Source: Eutreptiella sp. 'Long Island Sound 2002'
Taxonomy: Eukaryota > Protista > Euglenida
Length of the DNA stretch: 64,000 bases
Direction: 5' to 3'
NCBI GenBank assembly: GCA_964036045.1
Contig: OZ038379.1
Location: 48,298,001-48,362,000, forward strand
Positions 1-12,303 of the stretch are shown here, piece after piece. Position numbers and translations under genes: made by a program. Position 1 is the stretch's first letter. Each line of letters starts with the position of its first letter. The notes beneath the pieces were generated by a model. The model was not told the DNA's origin, did no database searches, and saw nothing but the letters and a program-made list of their open reading frames with translations.

Positions 1-118
1 TATTGAGCCAATGTACCCACTTGCATGCTATTACTATTCTTGTCTCGCGCTTTGAAAGGTTGGAGACCCCCAACGCAGCAGGGGTCATATACCCCAGCTG
101 CCCACTTGTGGGGGACTA
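1..118 (-). repeat. ~85-bp satellite, degenerate unit in reverse orientation
   Basis: Contains cagctgcccacttgtggg and ttggagacccc, reverse complements of the satellite core seen at 2090-5840. Confidence 0.7.
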
Positions 119-1693
119 CACATGTCGCTCAATGGCTTTGCTTCGTATCTCCAAATCGACGGAGATATTTTGTCCAAAATGCCTAGGGCGATGCTCAAAG
201 AAGCCTAGGTGAACCAACCATGCTTGGGGATTTCCCGAGCGGGCACTAGAGAAATCCCGAGCGTTTTTTGAAGAGCCCATGGAAAAATTCGCCCGCAACG
301 CGCACTATGTACGGTGCACCCCAAAACCTCCAAAAACCCCTAGAATGTGCAAAAAACACACGCGTCGGGCAACTCTGAACAGTTGGATATGTGGCCTAGG
401 TGCTGAAGTCCGACATTTGCTGGTACGATCTTGGGTGGTTGGGTGGAGTAAGACGACGCAGAGACTTGAGGTGGCATGGATGTAGGTGTGGGTGGCGAGC
501 CGGAGAACCGTGGTGGGGAAATATGGCTGCGTGGGAGGGAATAGCGTGGCCGTGACAGAGGTGTGGGAGGGGGGGTCAAAGTGGGTGGCGGGGAAGCTAG
601 TTCCGAAAGCGGTTTATCAGTGTCGTTGTCGCATGGAAAGGGAGGGGCATAACCCAAGACGTGCAGCTCGGGCACCTCCCACTCTGACACCCAGTCGGGA
701 TCTAAAACACAAGACATGGCGGAACTAACAAACAGAAGGGGGTGGGGGGAAGAAGAGACCAACAAGGGATGCACAATGAAAAATAGCAAAGGGGGGCGCC
801 AACCTTCATCTACTTGGAGCTGCCATAGGGGGCAGCCTCACACATGTCACAGGAGTCGTGTGTTTGCGGGGCTTGCATGGCCCATTCCCATGCGGCCCCG
901 CGGATGGGGATAGGTATTCCGGGGGTTCGCATGGGGCAGGTCCGGTGTACTGAAACCTGACCTTCTCCGGTGCGTGCCCATCAAGACGTGACATCTATTC
1001 AAAATTTGGCACCTTGGAACGCAACATGGGGCACAAAAAGAGGCAAAGGATTGAAAGTGCACATGTATTGGGCAAAGTACTTTCCCGAAATGCCTTGCTT
1101 GCACGAGCGCGCACAGCAAGACATGCACAAAGCCAAGCACAAAAAAAGGGGGGAGGCAATCGACTCAAGGTGGAGTACATCCCACGCCGCCACCAACCAC
1201 AAATACGCACATTGTACACTCTCCGCCAGCCGGTTCGGGCGGACAGGGGACAAAGAGGTGCATGTAAGTGATCAATGGTACCAAATGTGTCCATGGTCCC
1301 CCATCCCTCCAGTGCTGTACCAATAGGCACCTTCATCGGACCCGGCCGGCACTTAAGGGGCTCTCGGGTCAACAAGAGATGCGTGGAAGAAGAGGATGGT
1401 GGTGGGAAGGGCACAGTGGGCAAGTCCTGTGGGGGGGGGTTTAATGGTTTTGGGGTGAGCTGAGAACAGGTAGATATGTAACTTTTCCCAAGAACCCCGG
1501 GGATTACGCAAGGGAGGATCCCGAGCGGGCACCGGATAACACCCGAGCGTTTTTTTTTCGGACAAAACTTGTCCACCGCATTTCGGCAGCAACGGTTCCA
1601 AAACGCAACCGCTTTCGCCGGCAGTCTGGAAAAAACCCCATGGGAAATCCCCAGGGATTTTGACATACGAAGCAAAGCTATATGCGACATGTG
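119..1693. mobile_element. Non-autonomous TIR DNA element with CAC...GTG termini, inserted in the 85-bp satellite
   Basis: Left end cacatgtcgctcaatggctttgcttcgtatctccaaatc matches the reverse complement of the right end, cacatgtcgcatatagctttgcttcgtatgtcaaaatc. A subterminal direct repeat cccgagcgggcac...cccgagcgtttttt occurs at 234-269 and 1520-1558. Satellite lies on both flanks; no TSD seen. Confidence 0.6.
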
Positions 1694-2078
1694 ACATGCG
1701 TCGAAGCATTGGGGACCTCCCTAGGCAACCGGAGTTCCCTAGGAAACCGGGGTTATGCAGCCAATGAGCAAGCTTGTGGGCCAATGTAGATTTTGCCCCC
1801 CTCCTCCTAAGCATTAGAAACCCCAAACAATAGGTATTATGTAGCCAAGCCGCCCCCTTGTGCGCCACTGCTCATTTCGTTCCCCGCTTTCAAGTGTTGG
1901 TGACTCCCATATGGCAGGGACTATGTAGTGAATTTGCCCATGTGTGGGCCAACGCTGATTTTGTCCCCCTTTGAAGCGTTGGTGACCCCCCAGACGGCGG
2001 GCGTTATGTAGCCAAGCTGCTGACTTGCTGGCCAGTGCTATTTTTTTCCCCTCCTTTGGGGCGCTGGCGACCCCACGT
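1694..2078 (-). repeat. ~85-bp satellite, reverse-orientation block
   Basis: Units read as the reverse complement of the consensus (ggggttatgtagccaagctgc, gctgattttgtcccc). Confidence 0.8.
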
Positions 2079-5000
2079 GACAATATTAGCAGTGGCCCAC
2101 AATTGGGGAGCTTGGTTACATAACGCCAGCCATCTAGGGGTCCCCGACGATTCGGAAAGGGAACCAAATCAGTAGTGGCCCACACGTGAGGAGATTGGTG
2201 ACATAACCCCTACCGTCTAGGGGGTCCCCAACGCTTCAAAGCGGGGGACAAAACCAGCAGTGGCCCACAGTTGGGTGGATTGGCTACATAATCCCCGCCG
2301 TCTGTGTGGGGGGTCCCAAACACTTTAGAGCTTTAGAGCGGGGGATAATAGCAGCAGTGGCCAACAATGCGGCAAATTAGCGACACAACCCAAACTATGT
2401 GTGTGGGGGGGTCCCGAAAGCTTCATAGCGGGGAACAACATTAGCACTGGCTGCATAGTCCTTGCTATCTAAGGGGTCCCCAACGCTTGAAAGTGGGGTC
2501 AAAATCAACAGTGGCCTGCAAGTGATCAGAATGGCTACATAGTGCCTGCTTTATGTGGGTCCCGGGCGCTTTACACCGGGTACAAAATCAACAGTGGCCC
2601 GCAAATGGGCAGATGGGCTAAATAACCTCTGCCGCTTGGGGGGTCCCTTGGGCTTCAAGGTGGTGGAAAAAATCAGCAATGGCCTGCAAGTGGGTAGCTT
2701 GGCTACAAAATCACTAACGTCCCGGGTGTCCCGAAAACATCAAAGCAATCAAAGCAAAGCTTCAAGGTGGTGGTCAAAATAAATAGTGGCCAGCAAGTGG
2801 GCACCTTGTGCTGTCTAGAGGGTCCTAAAAGCTTAGAGCGGGCGACAAAATTAGTAGTGGCCCACAAGTGGGCAAAATGGCTACATAATCCCTAGCTGTC
2901 TAGCGGTACCAAAAGCTATAGAGTGTCAAAGCAAGGGATAAAATCAAGAGTGGCCAACAAGTAGGCAACCTGGATGCATAAATTGTACCGTCTAGGGGCT
3001 GCCCAAAGCTTAAGAGCAGGGGACAAAATCTGCAGTGGCTTGCAAGTGCGCGGCTTGACAGCATAACCCTTGCCGTCTTGAGGGGTCTCCAACACATTAG
3101 AGCGGGTCCAAAAGTAGCCGTGGCATTCAAAGGGGCTGATTGCGAACAAAACCCCTTTTGTCTGGTGGGTGGCGGACGCTTCGAAGCCGGTGACAAAACC
3201 CACAATGGTCCGCAAGTGGGCATTTTCGTTACATAACCCCCACCGTCCGGGGGGGCACCAATGCTTCATAGAGGGGGATAAAATCAGCCGTGGCCTGCAA
3301 GCAGGCAGATTGGCTACATAGGCCTTGGCATTGCGGGGGTTCGCAACACCTCAGAACGGGAGACGAAGTTCGCAGTGGCCCACAAGTGGGTAGACTGACT
3401 ACATAGCCCTTGCAGTTGGGGGATCTTGAACGCTTCAATGTGGGGGACATAAACAGCAGTGGCCCGGAAGTGGGCATATTGGCGACATAACCCCCGCCGT
3501 TTGAGAGTCCCCAACGCTTTAGAGCGGGGGACAAAATCAGCACTGGCTTGCAAGCGGGGAGATTGACTACATAATTTTGCCCTCTGTGGGGTTGCCAACA
3601 CCTCAGAAAGCGGGGGACAAACAACAGCACTAGCCCACAAGTGGGCAGCTTAGCTACATAACCCCTACCGTCTAAGGAGGTTTTTCAACGCTTTAGAGAC
3701 GGGGACAAAATCACCACAGGCCCACAAGTGGTCATCTGGGCTACATAACCCCTGCCGTCTGGGGGAATTGCAATGCCTCGGAGCGGGGGACTAAATCAGC
3801 AGCGGCCCTGGAGTGGGCTGCTTGGCTACATAACCCCTACCGTGAGGGGGGGGGGGGGGGGTAGCCACGCCGTCAAAGCAGGGGACAAAATCAGCAATGG
3901 CCCACGAGTGGGCACATTGGCTACATAATCCTTGTTGTCGTGGGGGTCCCCCAAGGTTCAAAGCATGGGACAAAATCAGCAGTCGCCTTTAAGTGGGCAG
4001 ATTGGTTACAAAACAGCTGCCGTTTGGGGGAACCCCAACGCCTCATAGCGAGCGCCAAAGTCAACAGTGGCTCACTGGTGGGCAGATTGGCAACACAAAC
4101 CCGACTGTTGGGGGGCGGACAAGTGGGCAGATGGGCTACATATCCCGTGTTATCTGGGGCATCGCCAACACTGCAAAGCTGGGAACAAAATTAGCAGTAG
4201 CCCTCAAGGGGTTGTTAACACTTCAGAGCGGGCGACAAAATTAGCATAGGCCCACCAGTGGGCAGCTTGGCTACATAATCCCTACCGTCAAGGGGGGTCA
4301 CCAACGCTTCAAAGCGGGGGACAAAATCAGTAGGGCCAGTAACTAAGCAACCTGGTTACATAACGCCGACCAATTTGGGGGGTCACAAAAGCCGACAAAA
4401 GGGCAAACGGGTTGCATGACCCCCACCGTCTAGGGGGTCCCTAACCCTTCAATGTGGGGGACAAAATCAGCAGTGGCCGACAAGTGGGCAACTTTGCTAC
4501 ATAATCCTTGCTATCTGGGGGTACGCCAATGCTTCAAAGCGGGGGATTGAATTAGCGCCGGTCTGCAAGTGGGCAGCTTGGCTACATAACCCCTACTGTT
4601 CTAGGGGGGTCAACGCTTCACAGCGGCGAACAAAAACAACAGTAGCCAACTAGTGGGCGGATTAGCTGGATAACGCCTATCAGCTGGCGGGTCACCAAAG
4701 CTTTAGAGCGCGTGGACAAAATGAGCAGTGGCTTGCAATGGAGCATAATGGTTGGAAAACCCCTACCGTCTTGGGGGTCCCAATACTTCATCGCAGTGGA
4801 CAAAATCAGCAGTGGTGCGTAACTAGGCAGCGTGGTTGCATGGCACCTAACTTTTGGAGGAGTCGCCAACACTTCAGAGCGGGGCGAAAAACTCAACAGT
4901 GGCCTGCAAATGGGCACACTGGTTACTGAACTCCTATCGTGTGGGGGGTCCCCAAAGCTTCGGAGCGGGGGACAAAATCAGCAGTGGCTCACAAGTGGGC

Positions 5001-5840
5001 AGCTTGGCTACATAAACCTTGCCTTGTGTGTGGTCGCAAACGCTGTAAAGCGGGTACAAAATCAGCATTGGACTAGGAGTGGGCAGCTTGGCTACATAAC
5101 CCCTATCGTCTAGGGGGTTCCCAACACTTCAAAGCGAGGGGACAGAATCAGCAGTGGCCTACAAGTGAGCCGACTGGGGACAGGACCTCTACCGCCTGGG
5201 GGGGTCCCCAACGCTTCAAGGAGGTCAAGAAAAATTAGCAGTGGCCCACAATTGGGCAGCTTGGCTACATAATCCGTGCCGTCTAGGGGGGGGGGCGGCC
5301 AACGCTTCAAAGCTGTACACAAAATCAGCACCGGCCCGCAATCGGGTAGATCGCCGAATAATCCCTGGCGTCTAGGAGGCTGGCCAACACCTCACAAAGG
5401 GGGACAAAATTAGCACTGGCCCACAAGATGGCACATTGCCTACACAGCCCCAACTATGCCAAGCTATGCCAAAGCAGAGTGGGGGACAAAATCCGCGGTG
5501 GCCCACAAGTGGGCAACTTTGCTACACAACCCCCGGCGTCTTGGGGGTCCCCAATGCTTCATTGCAAGGGACAGAATCAGTAGTGGCCCGGGAGTGGGCA
5601 GCTTGGCTACATAATCCTTGCCCTCTTTGGGGGGGTCCCAACACTTAAGAGCGGGGGAACAAAATGAGCAGTGGCCTGCGGGTGGGAAGACTAGTGACAG
5701 AACGTCTACCGCCTGGGGGGTCCCCAACGCTTCAAGGAGCTTGAGAAAAATTGGTAGCATCCCACCATTGGGCAGCTTGGCTATATAATCCTTGTTGTCT
5801 GGGGGGGGGGGGGGGGTTGGCCAATGCGTCAAACCGGCCG
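2079..5840 (+). repeat. ~85-bp tandem satellite array
   Basis: Approximate consensus gtgggcagcttggctacataacccctgccgtctagggggtccccaacgcttcagagcgggggacaaaatcagcagtggcccacaa. Spacing of the gtgggc core is 84-86 bp (4995, 5079, 5165). Confidence 0.95.
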
Positions 5841-6642
5841 TAGAGACCGACGTTAAAACCAAAATGGTTATTTTCAATTTTTAATATATTAAAGGGGGTA
5901 AAAGTGAACCTGCCAAATGTTAACACGTTAACCCAATTTTGGGTCGTTTGCACCGCTGTGCCTGTGCGCGTACCGTGCCCACTTGAAGTGTTTAGGTGGT
6001 CAAAGGGTGCCCCATGGGATGCTACAAGGGTTGCATAGTCCTATAGGTGGTTATGTAGCCCCACACATCCCTCTCCGGTCCCCCCCTTCACCTCACTCCC
6101 AACCTCCTTTTTCCCTTGTGTAGCACCTGTTATGCCTTGCTCTCGGGACACCCCTCTCGAGCTTAGTACGACGCTCACGCGTTTGAGTGGGGCCAAGAGT
6201 TTGCGGGACCCTTTGGCCCCCCAACTCCTTGGTGCGTGGGTGGCCTCATCCGCTTTGGCCAAGGCCCCGTGGTACGAGGCCAGCAAGGTTGCCCAACTTC
6301 CGCTCATCCGCAACAAGCCAATAGAGGCCGTGAAGCATTATGCCTCCGTCCTCTTCCCGGCGCCCTAAATGATCGGGTTACTTATGGACTTGAACGTCCC
6401 CAAGGGCGGCTTCCGGCATGTGTCGGAGTTCATGACCCGCTAGGGGGCCGCTTACACCGCCGCGACGGGCCTCCCATTCCCCCACCCCATCCCTTCATGT
6501 GACCGCTTCACGGACAGATGGAAGGAGTTGGTGAAGTAGGTTGCGCTAGATTGACCCGTGTCGCCGCCAAAAGGGTCAACTTTGGTTTACACATTCATTT
6601 TTGACCAAATATCAAAAATGTAGGTTCTAACATAGGTCTCTA
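5841..6642. mobile_element. 802-bp TIR element carrying a transposase-family exon fragment
   Basis: Left tagagaccgacgttaaaacc versus right (reverse complement) tagagacctatgttagaacc. It interrupts one satellite unit between ...tcaaaccgg and gggacacaaaacc. Termini can be read as TAGAGACC with no TSD, or GAGACC with a TA TSD. Confidence 0.75.
6124..6560 (+). pseudogene. Decayed exon homologous to the N-terminal part of the 51.6-kb transposase
   Basis: Reading through stops gives ELSTTLTRLSGAKSLRD...MIGLLMDLNVPKGGFRHVSEFMTR*GAAYTAATGLPFPHPIPSCDRFTDRWKEL. This aligns with ELNMMLVRLSGATALLD...LIGLLLELGAPRSGFRVLCEYITRQGDAYTARTGLPFPWPIATLDQFDATWRSL at 51.6-52.0 kb. It is preceded by a pyrimidine tract and AG at 6122-6123. 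Confidence 0.8.
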
Positions 6643-7890
6643 GGGGGGACACAAAACCAGCACTGGCCCGCAATTGGACAAATTGCTGAATAATCCTTGG
6701 CGTCTAGGGGGCTGGCCAACACCTCGCAAGGAGGGACAAAATCAGCACTGGCCCACAAAATGGCAGATTGCCTACATAACCCTTGCTATGCGGGGGGTCC
6801 CCACAGCAAAGTGGGGGACAAAATGAGCAGTGGTCCACAAATGGGTAGCTTTGCTACACAATTCCTGCTGGCCTGGGGGTCCCCAACGCTTCACAGCGGA
6901 GGGGGAAAATCAGCAGTGCCTCACAAGATGGCAGATTGCCTACATAACCCCGACCGTCTAGGGGGTTCCCAAAGCAGGGTGGGAGACAAAATTAGTAGTG
7001 GCTCACAAGTGGGCAGCTTTCCTACATAACCTCTACCGCCTAGGGGGTCCCCAACACTTGAAAGCGGGGAACAAGGTCAGTAGTGGCCTGCCAACGGGCA
7101 ACTTGGCTACATAATTGATGCCCTTTTGGGGGGGGGTCTTCAACACTTCAGAGCGGGGGGACAAAATCAGCAGTGGCCTACAAGTGGGCTGACTGGGGAC
7201 AGAACCTCTACCCCCTGGGGGGGTCCCCAACGCTTCAATGAGGTTAAGAAAAATTAGCAGTGGCCCACAATTGGGCAGCTTGGCTACATAATCCGTGCCG
7301 TCTAGGGGGGGGGGGGGTCCCAACGCTTCAAAGCGGCGGACGAAATCAGCAATGGCTTGCAAGTTGGCAGATTGGCTACATAACCCTTGCTGCCCGGTGG
7401 GTCTCCAAAGCTTGGGAGCAGGGGACAAAATCAGTACTGGCCCACAAGTGGGCAGCTTTGCTACATAATCCGTGCCGTCTAGGGGGATCGCCAGCGCTTC
7501 AAAGTGGGGGACAAAATCAGTAGTGGCCTACAAGTGGGAAGCTTGGCTACATAGACCCTGCTGCCCGGGGGGTCCCCAACGCTTCAGAGCGCGGGGACAA
7601 AATCAGCAGTGGCCAGCAAGTGGGCATGTTGGCTACATAACCCCTGCCATTTGGGGGGTCTTCAGAGCACAGGGACAAAATCAGCAGTGGCCCACAAGTG
7701 GGCAGCTTGGCTACATGGCCCCTACCGTTGGGGGGTCCCCGACACTTCAGAGAGGGGGACAAAATCAGCGTTGGGGGGTCCCCAACACTTCAGAGAGGGG
7801 GACAAAATCAGCAGTGGCCTGCAAGTGGGCAGCTTGGCTACATCATCCCAACTGTTTGGGGGGTCTCCAATGCTGCAGAGCAGGGACAGC
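6643..7890 (+). repeat. ~85-bp tandem satellite array, continuation
   Basis: Same consensus as 2079-5840, resuming immediately after the inserted element. Confidence 0.95.
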
Positions 7891-8220
7891 TTTTTTGTTT
7901 TTTTTTTTTGCAGTAAGCCGCGTACTGTTTTTACAAGCCTGAGTCGCATATTCTTTTTGAAAAGCGTAAGTTGAGTTTTTTTTTGGCGTTGGTTGCGTAA
8001 CGAAAAAAGCGTAAGTCGCGTGATTTTGTTTTACAAAGCGTAAATCTCATGTTTTTAAAAAGGTGTAAGTCGTGTAAGTTTTTTAAGGCGTTGGTCGTGT
8101 CACAAAAAAAAGAGTAAAATGTGTGCCATACATTTTCAAGTTTTTTTTTGCTACACTCAGCTTACACAAAAAAAACATGCGACCTACGCCAAAAAGAAAT
8201 GCAACTTGCGCCTGACACGC
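7890..8220. repeat. AT-rich segment with recurring (g)cgtaagt(c) motifs, possibly transposon subterminal repeats
   Basis: gcgtaagttg, gcgtaagtcg, gcgtaaatc, gtgtaagtcg and gtgtaagtt recur between T/A runs; cttacac and cctacgc occur in inverted orientation toward the end. Confidence 0.4.
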
Positions 8221-8269
8221 GCAGACACCTCTGAGAAAATATGATGCACTTTCGGATGGATATTTTGGC

Positions 8270-8532
8270 TGGTGCTGTGTTGTGTTGTGTCGTGTTGTGT
8301 CGTATCATGTTGCGTTGTGCTGTGCTGTGTTGTGTTGTGTTGTGTTGTGGTGTGGTGTGCTGCACATGCTGTGTGTGGCGTGGTGTTGAGGTTTTGTGGT
8401 GTTGTGGTGGTGTGGTGTTATGGTGTTGGTGTTGGTGTTAGTGTTGGTGTTGGTGTTTGTGTTTGTGTTTGTGTTTGCATTTGTGTTTGTGTTTCTGTTG
8501 TGTTGTGTTGTTTTGTGTTGTGTTGTGTTGTG
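8270..8532. repeat. Compound (TGTGT/TGTTG/GTGTTG)n microsatellite
   Basis: Read directly from the sequence. Confidence 0.95.
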
Positions 8533-8534
8533 TG

Positions 8535-9156
8535 GCTGCACCCCTCCGTTGGGACCCTCACACTGGAGGGCCCCTCTGCCTGGCCTCTGCCCAATGCAAA
8601 CGGACCTGAACTGCGCTCCTCCTTGCTGCCACTTGTGCGTTTTTCGGAACTCCTGCAGCTCAAAGTCGAGCTGCATATCCAACTCATCCATAACGCTATT
8701 GTCAGGAGACTCATAAATGGGCCGGCGGAACTGCATTGTGTACCGTGTCTTGGAGGTGTCCCAGGATGGAACACCAGTCAGAGTTGCCAAGCCACGCGAC
8801 CCGGGCTTCTTCGAGTTACCGGGACTTAAGGACGATACTGCTGTCATGATTGTGACTTCAAAGTGTGGTGTGTGGCAAACTGCAGACAACCGATGCACAA
8901 TCACTCTCTGTCCTCTATCCAGCCTCAGCCCACCCTTCTCAGCAAAGGCGTCAGAGTTACAGTGAAATTTGCTCAAAGAGGCACTAAATACAATACTAAA
9001 TACAATTTCAATGTTCACTGATGATGCCCAGGGTGCCGTTAGCAAAAAGGATTCGATGTTGGACCACAAGTGAACGCCCTTTTGCTGTTTGTGGTCCATA
9101 TTCATCAACATGTCCTCCCATTCCTTGACATAAAGCAGAAGCACATTGCGCTCCAA
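8535..9156 (-). pseudogene. Open frame of unknown function, probable decayed TE or gene exon
   Basis: About 200 stop-free codons of normal complexity (…YTMQFRRPIYESPDNSVMDELDMQLDFELQEFRKTHKW…) before the frame runs into the microsatellite. No family recognised. Confidence 0.3.
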
Positions 9157-10273
9157 ATTCCGGTCATCATGCTATTTTTTTCTTGTGTTCTGGCGCTAGG
9201 CGTGTGCAGCAGCCCCTCAAAGGGTCCACAGCCACCAGCATGCATGGACATTGGGTCCAGAACCATGTACAGCCTCTATCTTCGGACCTGTAGTTTCACA
9301 CGGGTGAGGTGTGTCCAAGAAGGACACCACAGGGCAAGACTTGGGTGTAGACTGTCACATCTATGTAGCCGCGGCTACCACGACCCCGGTTGAACAACCT
9401 GGATCAACACTACTTTCACGAGAGTCTGTTGCCTACTTGCAACTGTTTTGTGTGTCATCACTGCTGTCACCAGGACACCTGCCATACGGAATTTCGAGGG
9501 TCGATTTCTCGTCTCGCCAGGTGTTTTGCCGGGCGGTTTTTTCAAAAATGTTGTGTCAAAAGTTGCTCAAGAAAGTAGATGGAAGCGTGTTTCCCAAAAA
9601 GATGATGTTTGAGTTCTTTGAAAATTACTTAGGTGGCCGATTACGCACCACCTTTAAAAATGCCAACCCCGCCCCAAAAAAATTGATAAAAAGAGGCTAT
9701 TTTTCACCCCCCACAGCGGGGAAATCTTTTTCCTGAGTTTTGACCAATGGTTCTGCCATTTTCTAAATACCTGGTTCATGCACACCTCTCAAACAGGGAT
9801 GAGACGAAACAAAAATCGAGGCATCACAGGTATGTGCATAAGGTATCATGTCTCATGTCTGATGTGGCATGTTGTGTTTGCAGTGTATCCAAGAGGAAGT
9901 TTGATGTCAAATGTGGGTGTGAAGCTTGGGGGAGGGGGGGCTGGGGAGAAAATGGGCCCAAATCTGCCCCCCGCCCCCCCATAAAAAAAGAAAACAAATA
10001 AAGGGGTCATGAAAACTCGGCCATGAGAAAAACCAAGGAGGAAAAAAAATTCAGCAACCAGAATAAAAAACAGAAACAAAAACAGGTTTGTGAAAATGAG
10101 CTATGCCAAAAGAGGGGAAAATGGGGAAAATGGGAGAGCTTGGAAAATGCAGAAATTGAAAAACCACCAAAAATCAATGGGGATCCATGGGGAGACAGCT
10201 TGGAAAACAAGAAACATGGTAATTGCAAAAACCAAAAAAAAACATGTGCAATGGCAAAACAAAGGGGGGCCCG

Positions 10274-12303
10274 TGAAACCATGTCTGGATGCCCAACGGT
10301 GATATGTAACATGATGGACAAGGTGTAGGATGTCACCGCAGCCCCCGAAGCCATGCCTCCATGCCTAGCGGTGATATGTAACATGATGATAACACCGCAA
10401 TCCCTGTAACCATGTCTCCTTGAGCAGCACGGGTATGTAACATGATGTACAAGGTGTAGGACATCACTACACCCCCTGAAACGATGTCTCCATGGGCATC
10501 AGAGATGTGTAAAATGATGTACAAGGTGTAGGATATCGCCACAACCACTGAAACCACATCTCCATGCCCAACGGTGATATGTAACATGATGTACAAGGTG
10601 TAGGGTATCACCACGGCCCCTAAAACCATGTCTCCATGCCGAGCGGTCATATGTAACATGATGTACAACGCATGGGATATCACCGCAACCCCTGACACGG
10701 TGCCTCCATGCCCAGCGGTGATATGTAATAGGATGTACAAGGTGTAAGATATCACCGCAAACCCTGAAACGATGCCTCCATGCGAAGCGGTGATATGTAA
10801 CATGATGTAAAAGGCATGGGATATCACTGTAGCCCTTGAAACCATGCCTCCATGCCTAGCGGTGATATGTAACATGACAATATCACCGGAGCCCATGAAA
10901 CCATGTCTGCATGCCGAGCAGTGATATGTAACATGATGCACAAGGTGTGGGATATCGCCACAACCCCTGAAACCATGTCTCCATGGGCAGCAACGATGGG
11001 TAACATGATGTACAAGGTGTAGGATATTACCGTAGCCGCTGAAAACATGCCCCTATGCCCGCCGGTGATATGCAACATGATGTATAAGGTGTGGGAAGTC
11101 GCCACAGCCCTAAAAACCATGTCACCATGGGCGGCAGGGGTAGGTAACATGATGCACAAGGTGTAGGATATTACCGTAGCCGCTGAAAACATGCCCCCGT
11201 GCCTGGCGGTGATACACAACATGATGGACAAGGGATATTACCGTAGCCCCTGAACGCAGGCCTCCATATAGAGCGGTGATATGTAACAAGATGTGCAAAG
11301 GGTATGATATCACTGCAGCCCTTGAAGCCATGCCGAGCGGTGATATGTACATGATGATATCACCACAGCCCTTGAAACCATGTCTCCATGCCCGGCGTGG
11401 ATATGTAACATGATGGACAAGGTGTAGGATATTACGACAGCTGCTCAAACCATAGTTCCATGCCCAACGGTGATATGTAACATGATGTACAAGGTGTAGG
11501 ACATTACCACAACCCCTCAAACAATGCCACCATGCCCGAAGCTGATATGCAAGATGATGTACTAGGTGCAGGATATCACTGCAACCCCTGAAACCATACC
11601 TCCATGCCCAACGGTGATATGTAACATGATGTACAAGGCATGGGATATCACCGCAGCCCTTAAAACCATGTCTCCATGGGCGGTAGTGATATGTCACATG
11701 ATGTACACGGTGCAGGATGTCAGTGCAGCCCTTGAAACGATGTCTCCATGCCCAACAGTGATATGTAACATGATGTACAAGGCATGGGATATCACAACAA
11801 CGCCTGAAATCATGTCTCCGTGCCCAGCAAAGATACGTAACAAGATGTGCAAGGTGTAGGATATTACCGAAGCCGCTGAAACCATGCCCCCATGCCGAGC
11901 GGTGATATGTAACATGATGTACCAGGTGTAGGATATCACCACGGCCCCTAAAAGCATGCCTCCTTGCCGAATGGTGATATATAACATGATGTATAAGGTG
12001 TAGGACATCACCGCAACCCTTGAAACCATGCCTCCATGCCCATGAGTGATATGTAACATGATGCACAAGGTGTAGGATCCCAGTGCAGCCCCTGAAACCA
12101 TGCATTCATGGGCAACAGTGATATGTAACATGGTGTACAAGGTGTAGGATATTACGGCGGCCCCTGAAAGCATGCCTCCATACCTAGCAGTGATACGCAA
12201 TATGATGTCCAAGGCATGGGATATTAATGGAGCCCCTGATACCATGTCTCCATGCCCTCCGGTGATACGTAACATGATGTACAAGGTGTAGGATATCACC
12301 GCA
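10274..12303. repeat. 72-bp tandem minisatellite
   Basis: Consensus gcggtgatatgtaacatgatgtacaaggtgtaggatatcaccgcagcccctgaaaccatgtctccatgccca (72 nt). The minus-strand ORFs show a matching 24-aa periodicity. Confidence 0.95.

Noticed and set aside
1814-7974. Numerous short ORFs in the 85-bp satellite
   Set aside because: They are translations of a tandem repeat with frequent frameshifts.
8162-8829. Cys/Val-rich or Thr/Asn-rich proteins
   Set aside because: These are microsatellite translations.
10333-12299. Leucine-rich-repeat or ankyrin protein (24-aa period)
   Set aside because: No LxxLxLxxN or ankyrin consensus is present, and periodicity appears in several frames on both strands.
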